DNA of 62,387 nucleotides, the filler included, from Rhabdomonas costata (Eukaryota), in the NCBI GenBank assembly GCA_019059605.1. It is 27 parts of 27 records of this genome, joined end to end, with 100 filler letters (N's around TTAATTAATTAA, not from the genome) between each part and the next. Parts side by side here need not be neighbours in the genome. Positions count along the whole stretch, not along the records: positions 50,922 to 53,133 come from JAHMHO010004811.1; positions 53,234 to 55,446 come from JAHMHO010004812.1; positions 55,547 to 57,755 come from JAHMHO010004813.1; positions 57,856 to 60,076 come from JAHMHO010004814.1; positions 60,177 to 62,387 come from JAHMHO010004815.1; 22 more parts are not named here. The stretch is one strand, 5' to 3'. The translations under genes and the position numbers were made by a program. Shown piece by piece: positions 51,865 through 62,387 of this stretch. Position 1 is the first letter of the stretch. Each line of letters starts with the position of its first letter. The notes beneath the pieces are model-generated. The model saw only the letters and a program-made list of their open reading frames with translations. It did not search any database and was not told where the DNA came from.

Positions 51865-52914
51865 GCGGAGTTTACAAAGGACGCCTCGAAGACATCAGAG
51901 AAGACCCACAACCCCCTTGCCGAGCTGACTCAGATCGAGGCCACGGTGTTTGACCGCCGACAGCTTGTTGACCAACGCAAGATGAAGATGAGCGAGCTGA
52001 AGCAGATGGAAGCCAGGGTGGGCAGATCTCTTCCTCCCTTCCCTTCTCCCCAGTTCTCGGCTTCTTTGCTCGTTCCTGAAACCTCAGTGTGAAAGGGTTC
52101 CACGGAAACCTACGCGGCATACAGGTCTGATCTGTTACTCTCTCTTTGTGGTCCTCTTTCTCATCTTTGTTTGTTGATGCCGCGGTATTTCCTCAGATCA
52201 ACCTGCAGCTGATGCAGATGAAACAGGAGATGGAGCAGGCGCAGAAGATTCTCAACGACGGAGAGGGGGCCCTGGTGCAGCTGAACACAATGATGGAGGT
52301 CAGCAACAACAACATGAAGACGATGCAGGAGCAGGTAGGAAATGAGGAAGGACACTGTTGATGAAGGACTGCATTTGCCGATGCCTTTCATTTATGTGGA
52401 ATGGGCAGAGTTTTGGTTGTGGTTTTGATTCTCCCTCATCCCTGATTCTCCCTCGCTTTGTTTGACGTGTGATGATTTGCAACTTTGGCATGGATGCTGG
52501 TGACTGTGGCGGAACAGAGTCGCGATCCCATTTGGACCGCTGTTGTTGGTGGGTTTAATGACGTTTCTATGTCATTTATCGGTGGTATAAAGGTTAACCC
52601 CCTTTCCCACCCCCTTCAGTCGCGTAAGTCGAGAGGGGGGAACTTTTTCGGCAGCGTATGAAATTTAAACGAGCACCAAGGGTGCTTTCTTTACAACGTC
52701 AATCGCTGGAGTCCTTTTTCCTCGAATGCGTGTACTCCGCCCTACATAACTGAACCCCCGCTTTGCTCGCTGCCAGTTGCACAAGATTCGGGAGAGGAAG
52801 ACTGAGGTCGACCAGGAGCTGATTAAGAACCGCGAGATTGCCGAGAACATGGACCAGAGCCTGCTCAGCATTGTAGGGCAGCTGCAGGCCCAGGATGAGG
52901 AGATGAACCGCCAG
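51865..52914 (+). CDS. Coiled-coil protein, three phase-0 exons (51865-52017, 52197-52334, 52777-52914)
   Basis: AEFTKDASK...MEAR | INLQLMQMKQEMEQAQK...MQEQ | LHKIRERKTEVDQELIKN...MNRQ, with clean GT-AG boundaries. Confidence 0.8.
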
Positions 52915-55620
52915 GTAAATGGCCCTTTCGGCTGCGGAGGCGTAAGCACATTCGCATACCTCATTGTTCGGCTTGCCCTTCTTCTCATGCAGAATCGCAT
53001 CCCGCTCGTGATGTCGTTTTTTCATGCAAAGGTAGATTTGAAAGCCCAGATTCCCTTTCCGCGGATCCCTTGTTGAGCAACTCCTGCGCTAGTCCGTGCA
53101 CCTTCTCCACCAGAATGCATGTAAACCACCCACNNNNNNNNNNNNNNNNNNNNNNNNNNNNNNNNNNNNNNNNNNNNTTAATTAATTAANNNNNNNNNNN
53201 NNNNNNNNNNNNNNNNNNNNNNNNNNNNNNNNNTGTGTTGGGGGGTTTGGGGCTTTGGGTTGGGTTGGGTTGGGTTGGCGGAGGGGGTGAGATGGGTTCG
53301 AGCGGAGCAGGGAAGAGACGCTTTTCGCATGAAGTTAGGCAGAACATAGAGATAGGCAGAACAAACACATAGAGATAACTGGAAATGCCGTGAGTTGGTT
53401 TTTAAGTATCGAATACAGAGGGCGAAGCCGAAGCAGGCCCGCGATCTTTTTTGTATCCACCGAGCCGGGCTTCCCAAAACGCTATGTCGCCGGTCCTGGC
53501 ATGCGGTACCCACCATGTCCCTTGGCGGCTATAAGTTTTTCTTTCAGATCTCGTGTCGCTTCCTTCCCCAGCGCAGCGGAGGGTTTATCGACGGCACCCA
53601 CAGCACGTGCACAAATAACCACCTACCTCTCCTGGCTGAGATAAATAACCCAACCGTAACCTCCGCCTCAGTGCAGTCACAACCGCGGAATGGCTTCTCT
53701 TGACCTGGCTGGCCCTCCGTGATGATGATTCAAAGGATCGTGCCCGCGGGTTGGTGGAAGAAGAACCTAGAGCATTGGTGTTCTCTTTTTGTGAGGAATA
53801 ATTAGTCCTTCCCAGGTAGTCCTGTCGTTATTTTCTCCTCAGCTTCGCTGAAGAGGCAGGCAGCTCAGAGAATGTCCGTGATGTCCAGCATCGTGCCGAG
53901 GGAGTACTCCCAGGCCGGCTCCGGCACCAATCGGGGTTCCCCGCGTTAGCCGCTGCAGTTGGGATGGAGTTGCAGAAGTTCCCCTTTCCCCTCCCTTTCC
54001 CGTTCCACTTGCCCACTCACTTCCAGTCATCGAGTCATCGTTTGTCAATGCTCGTGCGTGGGTCCCCGATCATCCGATAATGAAAAAGAAAGACAGCGAA
54101 CGAACATTGGGTCGGAAGGGCGGGAAATGTGTGTTGTGTCTGTTCCTACAAACTATGAGTAGAAGGGTGGTTGGAGTTGAGCGTCCTTCCTCCCCAACCG
54201 ACCATCCACGTGAAGTATTGGTGGTTTTAGATGGATGTGTCATTTTTTATATCTTTTCCTTCCCATCCGTCCCGCCCTCTTTCTGTTTTCTTTCGGTCTT
54301 TTTTGTAGTTCACGCATGTGTTTGTATCTTTGTATCCGCTCACTTGCTGGCTCACAAATTGCTCCCATCACCTCCACCTGAAACACCGGAGCACTGTGAG
54401 GCAGGAGGTTGACCAAAGGCAATGCCCTAGTATACGTCCCTTTTATGTTTTCTCCCACACGAGTCGAAGGGTATTAGAACACAAGCAGCCCCATTTGCGC
54501 TCTTTGCACAGCAAAAGCGCACATCGTTCTCTGTCCTTCTGTTTCCTTTTCGGTTATGTAAGTGCATGCCTCTCATCCCTCAATTCTTCACCGCTAGCCG
54601 GTACGTTGCTTTCTGAACTGTATGTTGGAATTACTGTGGCTTTTCTTCCTCAATGACCTCGAGCAAGTGTGGGAAAGTGGCATGCTTCATTTTGTAAGTG
54701 GAATATTATTGCTGATCATCCCGAATAACACCCCAGCCTGTCGCACCACGGTGTGCTGGCGGACACTTTCCCTGCCGCTCTGCCAGACAAAAAAACAAGA
54801 GGCAAATAACTTCTCTCCAATGTCTCCCCTCGGATGCGGTTCTGTGGTCGCATTTGGTCGCGGAATTATCCTGTCTGCCTCAATTCTCACAATAACCAGC
54901 GCAAAACGAATGCTGAAGGACGGCCAATCAGCAGATCCTTCATCTGGCATTAGCCCACCTGCTTTGTGCTCAAATCTGCCTTGATTCTCCACGCCCCATC
55001 CTTCAGCCTTCACACCAAATGGCGGGTATCTTGCTCGGATCCACTGAGGGTCCGTGCTGAGATCCTTCTCCTCTGGCAAATCTGGGGCAAATCCAATCCA
55101 GATGTTTGATAATTTTGCAGTGGGGCAACGGCACCTCTGGGCATCTCTCCTCTTCTTCGCTCTTTCGTCTCGGGTTTGGGTTTTATGCATTATACCCAAC
55201 GGTTCTGTTTTCTGCAGTTTGGAAACTCGGAGAACTTTGGTCGCAACCCACCGATACTGATAAAGGCGGTTGTGACCGGTTCGCAGCAATGTTAACAAAT
55301 TGGACGAAAGTAACAAGGCAATAAATTGCAGCAGAAACTGAAAGACAAGTTGTATTCAAGAAAAATGGGGACGAGGCACTGATTGGTGAAGCAGCGGCAA
55401 CAAGGATAACTGAGGGGTGGGGGGTGCTGACGTATTCTAAACTCACNNNNNNNNNNNNNNNNNNNNNNNNNNNNNNNNNNNNNNNNNNNNTTAATTAATT
55501 AANNNNNNNNNNNNNNNNNNNNNNNNNNNNNNNNNNNNNNNNNNNNTTGGGGTCGCCCCCATGAGGGGGCAAAAAAGGGGAGGGTGTCAAGGACACCGCG
55601 GGCAACCAGGAACTAGACAT

Positions 55621-55850
55621 GGACGGTCTTATGTCTGAGTGGTCTGGGTGCCGGGCTCGTGGCCGTAACGTCGCGGGTTCAATTCCAATACCCGGCGGGG
55701 GCGGCCACGCCAAGGCGGGTAGCTCGACTGGCTCCTGGTTTCCGTCGGCCGCCCCTGTGAAGCCTATGCGGACTGGGCAGGTGGCCTTGCGGAGCAGCCC
55801 CCGCGGATGCCCGTGCGGAGCAGGGTCCGTCACCCCAGGGAGCAAGACAT
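55621..55850 (+). mobile_element. tRNA-derived SINE-like element or tRNA pseudogene with a GC-rich body
   Basis: A-box-like tgtctgagtgg (55632-55642), His-like tcgtggccg loop and B-box ggttcaattcc (55676-55686); the acceptor stem does not pair. Confidence 0.65.
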
Positions 55851-55947
55851 CCGAAGAATGACATATCTGCAGCCCAAAGACACAAGTACATCGACTGAGA
55901 GGTCCACGGCAAACGAAAGGTCTGTAAACGAACACGCACAGTCATAC

Positions 55948-56296
55948 TCGTATCCAGACATGGGGTAGGCCGGGGCCGGGGCATTCACAATCGACCCGGA
56001 GAAGTCGGAATTTAGTGGGAATGACACAGCGGCCAGGGCGGTGGTGTTCCCGTTCAAGACCTGAACCTGCCCACTGTCGCAGTCCACAAACTGAGCCGAG
56101 GGAAGGTGGTACTGCAGTGCCGAGTCGTAGCCCACATAGCCCAGGCTGAAGGGCGCCCACAACACTGAGACCGCCACCCCGGAGCTGTCCTGCACAGCCC
56201 GAAGCATTCCGTTGGAGTTGGGCCATTTCACGTTGGTGCCCACAGCAGTCCAGTGGGCGTCAAACGTGACGTGCGTCAAACGGAACGTGCGGTAAT
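55948..56296 (-). CDS. Exon encoding a PstS-like (phosphate-binding, PBP type 2) domain
   Basis: WTAVGTNVKWP...SSGVAVSVLWAPFSLGYVGYDSALQYHLPSAQFV...SIVNAPAPAYPMSGY parallels PstS GV...V....aIGYv...A...L / i.n....AyPi; acceptor gtag at 56297. Confidence 0.8.
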
Positions 56297-57857
56297 CTAC
56301 CAGTGAAATCGCATTTTGATGTTCATTGGTAACTGTTCGTCGACGCGTCCGGGAGTAACGGTAAGCGTGATTGATCGAAGTTTTTGAAGTGTTTTGGTCA
56401 TTTTTCCTAGTTTTTGTTCTTCGGTAATCGGTGATCGAGCTCTCATTTCGAAGAATTTTTTCACAATCGCGTTGGAAATAGGAACAAAATTAATTGAAAG
56501 GTAATACAATATAATAGGTAATCGACGCCTTTCCTCAGGTCATCAACAATAATCAACCATCGTGGATGAAATCCCCGACGTAATCGATAGTCCTGGGTCC
56601 TGCCTGTGGGCGGCACTCAGGGATGCCATTGCCGGCACATTTCTGTGGGTGCGCGTACCTTCGCTCTTCAGCACTCCTTCCCGCCTGCTTGGCCTGATCG
56701 CTGTCCATTCCGAGTCGGCGCTTCCCTTCTCACCCTTCTCATGTTAATTCGCTTCACCACTCGGTGTCGCTTGTTTTCAACCCACCTCTGCTTCACTTCC
56801 TGCCACCCATTTCTGCTACTCTCCTCTCTTTGGTCTTTACTTCTCCCATCCCCGTGCTCGCCTCATGGCTACTGAGCCCTGGGTCCTTCACACTTAACAT
56901 CTGGGAACAGCGCGGCCACAAGGCGCAAGCCTGTTTATGCTCATGGTCCTCTTTCGGCCTTTGGTCCGCCAGAAACTTGACGGTGCCGTGCCAGATTCGG
57001 GCAAAGTCCATTGGGCGCGCCTTTTCCTGAGCAACCGTTCCTGGCCTTGCTTCGCTTAGAGGTGCAGAGGAAATCCCTTTGCTTGCTCTTTTACTCAAAT
57101 ATGGGCGAGCGTTGGCTGGTTTCGCTTGCCTTGCTGCTCTCCCTCGGTGGTGTGGATCAGCGGACGCACTGGGCATTCTTCATGGATACCTGCGCACTTG
57201 GTTTCGGGTAACACAGGCGCACGCGGTGCATGAGCTCACGGAATCCGGGGTTGTGGCCCCTCTTGCTTTGTGCTGCTTTTCTTTCGCTCGTCTTCATATG
57301 GAGTTTTGTTCCTGTTTTTCGTTCATCGCAGAAACTTTCTGACGGCCTAATGATTCTGGACCGCCTCAAGTTCAGCAGGCGAAAGAAAACATGACGTATC
57401 TTCTAAATAGGTGAAAGTTCAGCGTTAGTTGCTATTCTTCGAGATTTTAAAACGGAACTCATACGCAATGTTTCTATCAGCGGACAGACTTCCCATTTTT
57501 GTTTCTATTTTTTTTTCCTTTTTTAAGCTTCGAGTCCTGTCGTTTTTTATGTTTGTCCGGAGTTTCGGGAGTTATCTGTATATTTCGACGATCAATTCTC
57601 TCGTGGGCTATCTTCGTGCACCTTTTTCTGAGAGCTCGCCACATTGGCTCCATGGTTGATTGCAAATGTTGTGTGTAGGAAGTGACCACAATTGCAAACC
57701 AGTGGTTGCTGCGAGCATGCTCTGTGTTCATCCACTTATCCTGGTCATTCATAACNNNNNNNNNNNNNNNNNNNNNNNNNNNNNNNNNNNNNNNNNNNNT
57801 TAATTAATTAANNNNNNNNNNNNNNNNNNNNNNNNNNNNNNNNNNNNNNNNNNNNGT

Positions 57858-57916
57858 GTGTTTGTTTGTTTGTTTGTTTGTTTGTTTGTTTGTTTGTTTG
57901 TTTGCTTGTTTGTTTG
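57858..57916 (+). repeat. (TTTG)n microsatellite
   Basis: About 14 near-perfect units at the contig start. Confidence 0.95.
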
Positions 57917-58143
57917 GTAGTGTGTGTGTGTGTGCTTTAGGTTCTTTTCAAACAAGCAGGCTAACTGTTTTGACACATGAAACACCACGTATGTCACACT
58001 GCTGCAACTGTCCCGCAAGGGTCAAATCCCACCTTATAATTTTGCAGTTTTTCCATTATTGTGAAAGAGGGCAACCCCAGACGCATCCGCAGGGTTTATG
58101 CAATTCTTCACAACTCATGTGCATAGAAATAGCAAAGGGCGAC

Positions 58144-60055
58144 CATCTGCGCTACGGTGGCCTTTACAGCCTCTGCCGAGGAGCACGCCAAGAATGCGGA
58201 GCGGAAGCTCAGGTCGCGGAGCTGCCGTACCAGCCACTCCTGCAGCCACTGGAGGTCCTCCCGGTTGTGCTGCTTTGTACGCTCGTTCGTGGCCATTCTC
58301 AGCGCGCGCGAAGCGCAACGCGCAAACCCTCCCACACACACAAGCGGCCGCAAGCAGCAAAGCAAAAACACAAGAACAAACCAAGACACCAAGATGGTCA
58401 AAGAACACTGTGGGTTGTTATTTTCACGAGGGCAAAGCGAACTCCAATACAAACACCCCCACCTGCAACACCCTGCAGTGCCGCCGTCGCTATTACAAAA
58501 GCTGTCGTAGTGCGGAAGGGTGGGGAGCACGATATAGCGCGGCCGAGCAGCGAGAGGTAAGGGATACTACCCACCTTGCCACACTACTCACCAAACCCAA
58601 AGATCGCAGACTATCTCCAGCTCCCCCTTCCAGCCTACTACTTAACCGCTAATAATCGATAATTATCAGTTTCCCACGGCGGCTGGCATTCTCCGCTGCT
58701 GACCACCGCCATCGCAGAAATAGGGGATGTAGTGGCCACAGTTTTTGGTCGTTGAAGGTCTGAATATAAGTGATGTTACTTCGGGAGGTGGTAGTGAGGG
58801 TGTGTCTGAAACAAGGAACATACTTCTCCGAAAAAAGATTAGTGAAAAAATCTTCGCCCACCGGAGTTAATTTCTCAACTTGGGCAGCAGTCCAACGATT
58901 GTTTCCGGGACCAACACAACGCAGTCCTTATGTCCTGTGAGGACGCATCTTACAAGTTTCAGGCTAACTGGGGCCCAATTCCATACGCACTGGGAAAATG
59001 AGATCCCGAGGTGACAAAACGCCGCGCCGGAGGTCATTGAGGAAATCCAACGAAGGGGTGCGCAGTAGACACGTGAAAGCAAGGCAATGCAAGTCAGAAG
59101 GAGAAAAGGCAAAGGAGCGGCAGAGTCAGGTGAGGATATCTTGGAGAGCACAAAGGGACGGGAAGACATCACTGCCCGCGGCCAAAGTGGGGCCAGGCCA
59201 TCATTGGAGCTCCTATCTCCTTTCTTGCACTCAAATGGTTGAGCCCCACCAAACCCCCAGCCTCCTCCGCTCAGTGGTATAGCTCCAAGATCTCCAGTAC
59301 ACATTCCAGTACAGTATAGCTTTTGAAAAGGCAATGCCAAAGAAAGCGATGGAAGAACACAAGGCTGTTCTCTCCCCAATGTGAGCAAGCCATGAGATGC
59401 CCTTTGCAAAATTCAAAGAATAGCAGCTCCAAATCACAAGGGAAAGGGTCATACTCACATTCTATAAGATGAACTTGGGGTCTCGAGGGTACTCAAGAAC
59501 CATCCCTGTTTCAGTAAGAGGATCCGCTATTAACCAGCGCAGCCTGGAAAACTCCTGCCATGCGCCCTGGAAGACTGAACTGCCATACGCACAATATCTT
59601 CCATTCCCAAGCATTGAAGAAAAACTGAAGCACTCCCATTATCATGATTAATGGCAACAGTCCCACACCAAAAAGTTCAAGGCACATGCACAGGAGTTTA
59701 TTTTCTCTGCACCGTCCGGGTGAGAGGATTTTTTTTTGCAGCTCTCATGACACATCAGGTATTGAAAGCCAACCAAACGGTATCCATGACTTCGAACGAA
59801 AGCTTTGACACAAAACATGTAAGGAAACAAGCGAGCAGGATCCCTGGAAACACTTTTGAGTGCCCCCTGCAGTTATCGCCGGCCGGCAGCGTCAGGCGGT
59901 GCTTGGCCTGAAGCAGCCCTCCCTGCTGGGGCCGCAGCAAAAGGCTTCACAGCTTCCCTCACAGTGGCGCGCAGTGCATTTTGCAGGTCTTGCAGCTTCT
60001 GCAGCTTGTGTAGCTGCAGCAGTTTCTGCAGCTGCTCCCGCCGGTGCTGCTGAAC
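58144..60055 (-). CDS. Hypothetical protein exons
   Basis: QQHRREQLQKLLQLHKLQKLQDLQNALR... and EDLQWLQEWLVRQLRDLSFRSAFLACSSAEAVKATVAQM|gt. Confidence 0.4.
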
Positions 60056-60176
60056 CCCCCACCCCAAACACACCACNNNNNNNNNNNNNNNNNNNNNNNN
60101 NNNNNNNNNNNNNNNNNNNNTTAATTAATTAANNNNNNNNNNNNNNNNNNNNNNNNNNNNNNNNNNNNNNNNNNNN

Positions 60177-61724
60177 CACGTGCTCGTCATGCACGGCGGC
60201 GAGCAGCTGTGGGTGGTGCGGGTCGTCCTCGACGTGCAAGACTGGAACGTCGACTGGCCCGTCTTCGGGAACGTGCACTTCGGGCTGGGCGTGGGTGAGC
60301 TCGTCGTGTCCAGCTCCAGGTTTTTTTTGTGATTGTTTGTGGTAGCTGCATCAGATTGTTAATATTTCGAAGTGTCCTTGCCAGGGAAAGAATGGCAGCC
60401 TTTTGATTTCATATGTCGGCGCTTCTTTCGCAAGGGCGTAACCGCGGGAAATTAAGCGTCCTTCTTTCAAGCAAAGTTCAGAACTGCCCCGACTGTCGCA
60501 GCGGACCTTGGAGCTTAGTCTTTGCTATGTTTTGTTTTTGAGCAACGAGATGGATTTTTCGGACATATGAAAAGTCAGAGTCCACTGCACAGGAGCATAC
60601 ATCACAAAGGATAACAGTGGGAGAGAAAGGGGAGAATGGGAAATCGGGGAAGAGGGTCATCGAGGGGAAATATTTCGAAGTTTTCCGTGTTGCGCTTGCC
60701 CATTTTCAGCCTCTCTTGGCGAATTCTGCTTCCTTTTTCTTTTTCTTTTTCTTTGTCCAAAACAGAACGGTGCTCGGGCTACACCACCTGCACCTCATGC
60801 ACGGCGGCGAGCACCTGTGGGTGGTGTCGCTCCTCCCTAACGTGCAAGACTGGGACCTCGAGGGGCCCCTCCTCGGGAACGTGCTCGGCGAATTGGGCGT
60901 GGGTGAGCTCGTCGTGCTAGGTATTTTGGGCGGGTCTTTCTATGCTCGCTGTGTGCTGTGCTGTTGTGTTCTTTTTGTGGACAAAGCATTCCACTGTTTT
61001 TTCATACCCAGCACTCAAAATTTAGCCTAGTTTTTTTGTGCAGAAGGTGTGACAGGTTGGGTTTCAAGTGTGCCTTTCATCTTTCCCATTTCCTTCCGTT
61101 AATTTTTAGTGATCGCGCCTTCTAGTTTTCTCAAAACGCATTCTCAACTCCTTCCAACGGCTGCTTCCGATTCGCTTGTTGCTTGTTGCTTTGCGCAGCC
61201 AACCAGACGTGTTGCTTGCTGCTGCTGCAACTGGCCCCGGTAACGGCGGTACCACTCACCTCCTCCCTCTCCTGAATTGCGGGAGCATTCACACCCCCTC
61301 CCATCACCGCCGTGTGAGCGCCCAGCTCTCTGTTTGTTTTTGTGTGTCATTTTGTGAGAAGGATATGAACCCCTTGTCTGCGCGTTCGCGCTAGATTGAT
61401 GTGTTAGCTCTTCACTTCGCTGGTCACTTGTCCTGGGCTTCATCCTTGTGTTGTTGTTGATTTGTTTGGATTGGCCTGACGATGCATTGTTCGGTCGGTC
61501 CTACTGGATTTGCATGATACGGAAGCGTTGCGAACATTGCGTCCTTTTCTTCTCTAAAGCGGACCCGTGCTCTGGTTACACCAGCTGCATCACCTGCTCG
61601 TCCGCTAGCAGCTGTGGGTGGTGTGGGTCGTCCTCGACGTGCAAGGCCGGGACCTCGAGCGGCCCTTCCTCGGGAACATGTTCTGCGAATTGGGCGTGGG
61701 TCAGCACGTTCTGTTCATCTTCAG
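60177..61724 (+). CDS. Extracellular protein with tandem PSI-like Cys-rich repeats, one per exon (60177-60319, 60765-60920, 61560-61724)
   Basis: Three near-identical CSGYTxCxxCxxASxCGWCxSSxTCKxGTSxGPSSGTCxxxWAWVSxxC units; the CxxC...CGWC core is characteristic of PSI domains. Confidence 0.85.
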
Positions 61725-62387
61725 GTATGCGTCATGATACTGAACTGAACACCTGGTTTGAATTCGCTATCCCTTCATCCCTGCGGAAAGAGTGAGAATA
61801 TGATGTTGCGTTGGTCTCCGAGCTGTTTCGCTGGTGCGTTGCGTTGTGTCATTGACATCGGTGGGGATTCATCTTTCTTTCTGTTTTGCTTGCATTTCGT
61901 ATTGAGTTTACCCGCCCAGCACCGAGTCGGAGGGAGGCAAATAGTAAACAGTCATTTCGTCGTTTTTTGACCGCTTGAAAACATAACAACTTCATTCCTT
62001 ACGTACGTCCTTGGAGGGTGGCGCTGACACAGTGGCACAGGGGCGCCCTGGCTGTTGCCTGACTAGCTGTTGGAGACCACTGTTGTTCACAGGTCTCGCG
62101 AGAGAGGCACACCTTCGGGGCGAACAGTGCCGTGCGGTACCGGCGGAGCGTTTGTCCTGGGCAGGGGCGGGGAGGGGAGTTGATACTAAAGAAAACAGTG
62201 AACGCTATCATCGTCTGAGTCCGAGAGCTGCACCGGAGTCGCTGCCAAAGAGTACCCAGTTCCCTTAACATAAAGTTACCCGAACTGAACTCACGTGGCT
62301 TTCTTCGCAACGCAAAACGCTGGCTCTGCTCACCCTAAATAGTGTCCCCTCACCCTAAATAGTTTTCCTCCTCAGCCCCCACCCACA

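Noticed and set aside
53719..53852. Box C (GTGATGA) with downstream CTGA as a C/D snoRNA
   Set aside because: Spacing is long, there is no terminal stem and no rRNA guide could be verified.
54687..55316. 209-aa minus-strand ORF
   Set aside because: May contain real exons, but no family or consistent splice phases could be established.
62328..62364. ctcaccctaaatagt twice, as a telomere seed
   Set aside because: Only two spaced copies, not a tandem CCCTAA array.

Overview
This is not a contiguous locus. It is 27 unrelated contigs of about 2.21 kb each, joined by 26 artificial 100-nt linkers (44 N + TTAATTAATTAA + 44 N), so adjacency between contigs means nothing. The DNA is from an intron-rich eukaryote, probably a flagellated protist; euglenid/euglenozoan affinity is an inference. 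It uses the standard code and mostly GT-AG introns of roughly 0.1-0.9 kb. Recognisable gene fragments, assembled by hand from exons: bacterial-type uridine kinase, EFHC1/Rib72 (DM10), glycine decarboxylase P-protein, an FHA protein, a pectinacetylesterase/Notum-family esterase, MZT1, a 5'-nucleotidase C-terminal domain, CaMKK-like and MAST/IRE-like kinases, a multi-TM nucleotidyl-cyclase-like gene, a Sel1-repeat protein, a PstS-like domain and tandem PSI-like exons. Mobile DNA includes APE-type and CRE/RLE-type non-LTR retrotransposon remnants and a tRNA-derived SINE-like element. G/T-only contig starts, C/A-only ends and terminal fold-backs suggest whole-genome amplification. I found no supportable novel multi-gene system. 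The best leads are probable SL trans-splice acceptors, an inverted but phase-compatible first exon, a GC-AG intron, intron-bearing bacterial-type domains and a stop-containing duplicated PSI exon.
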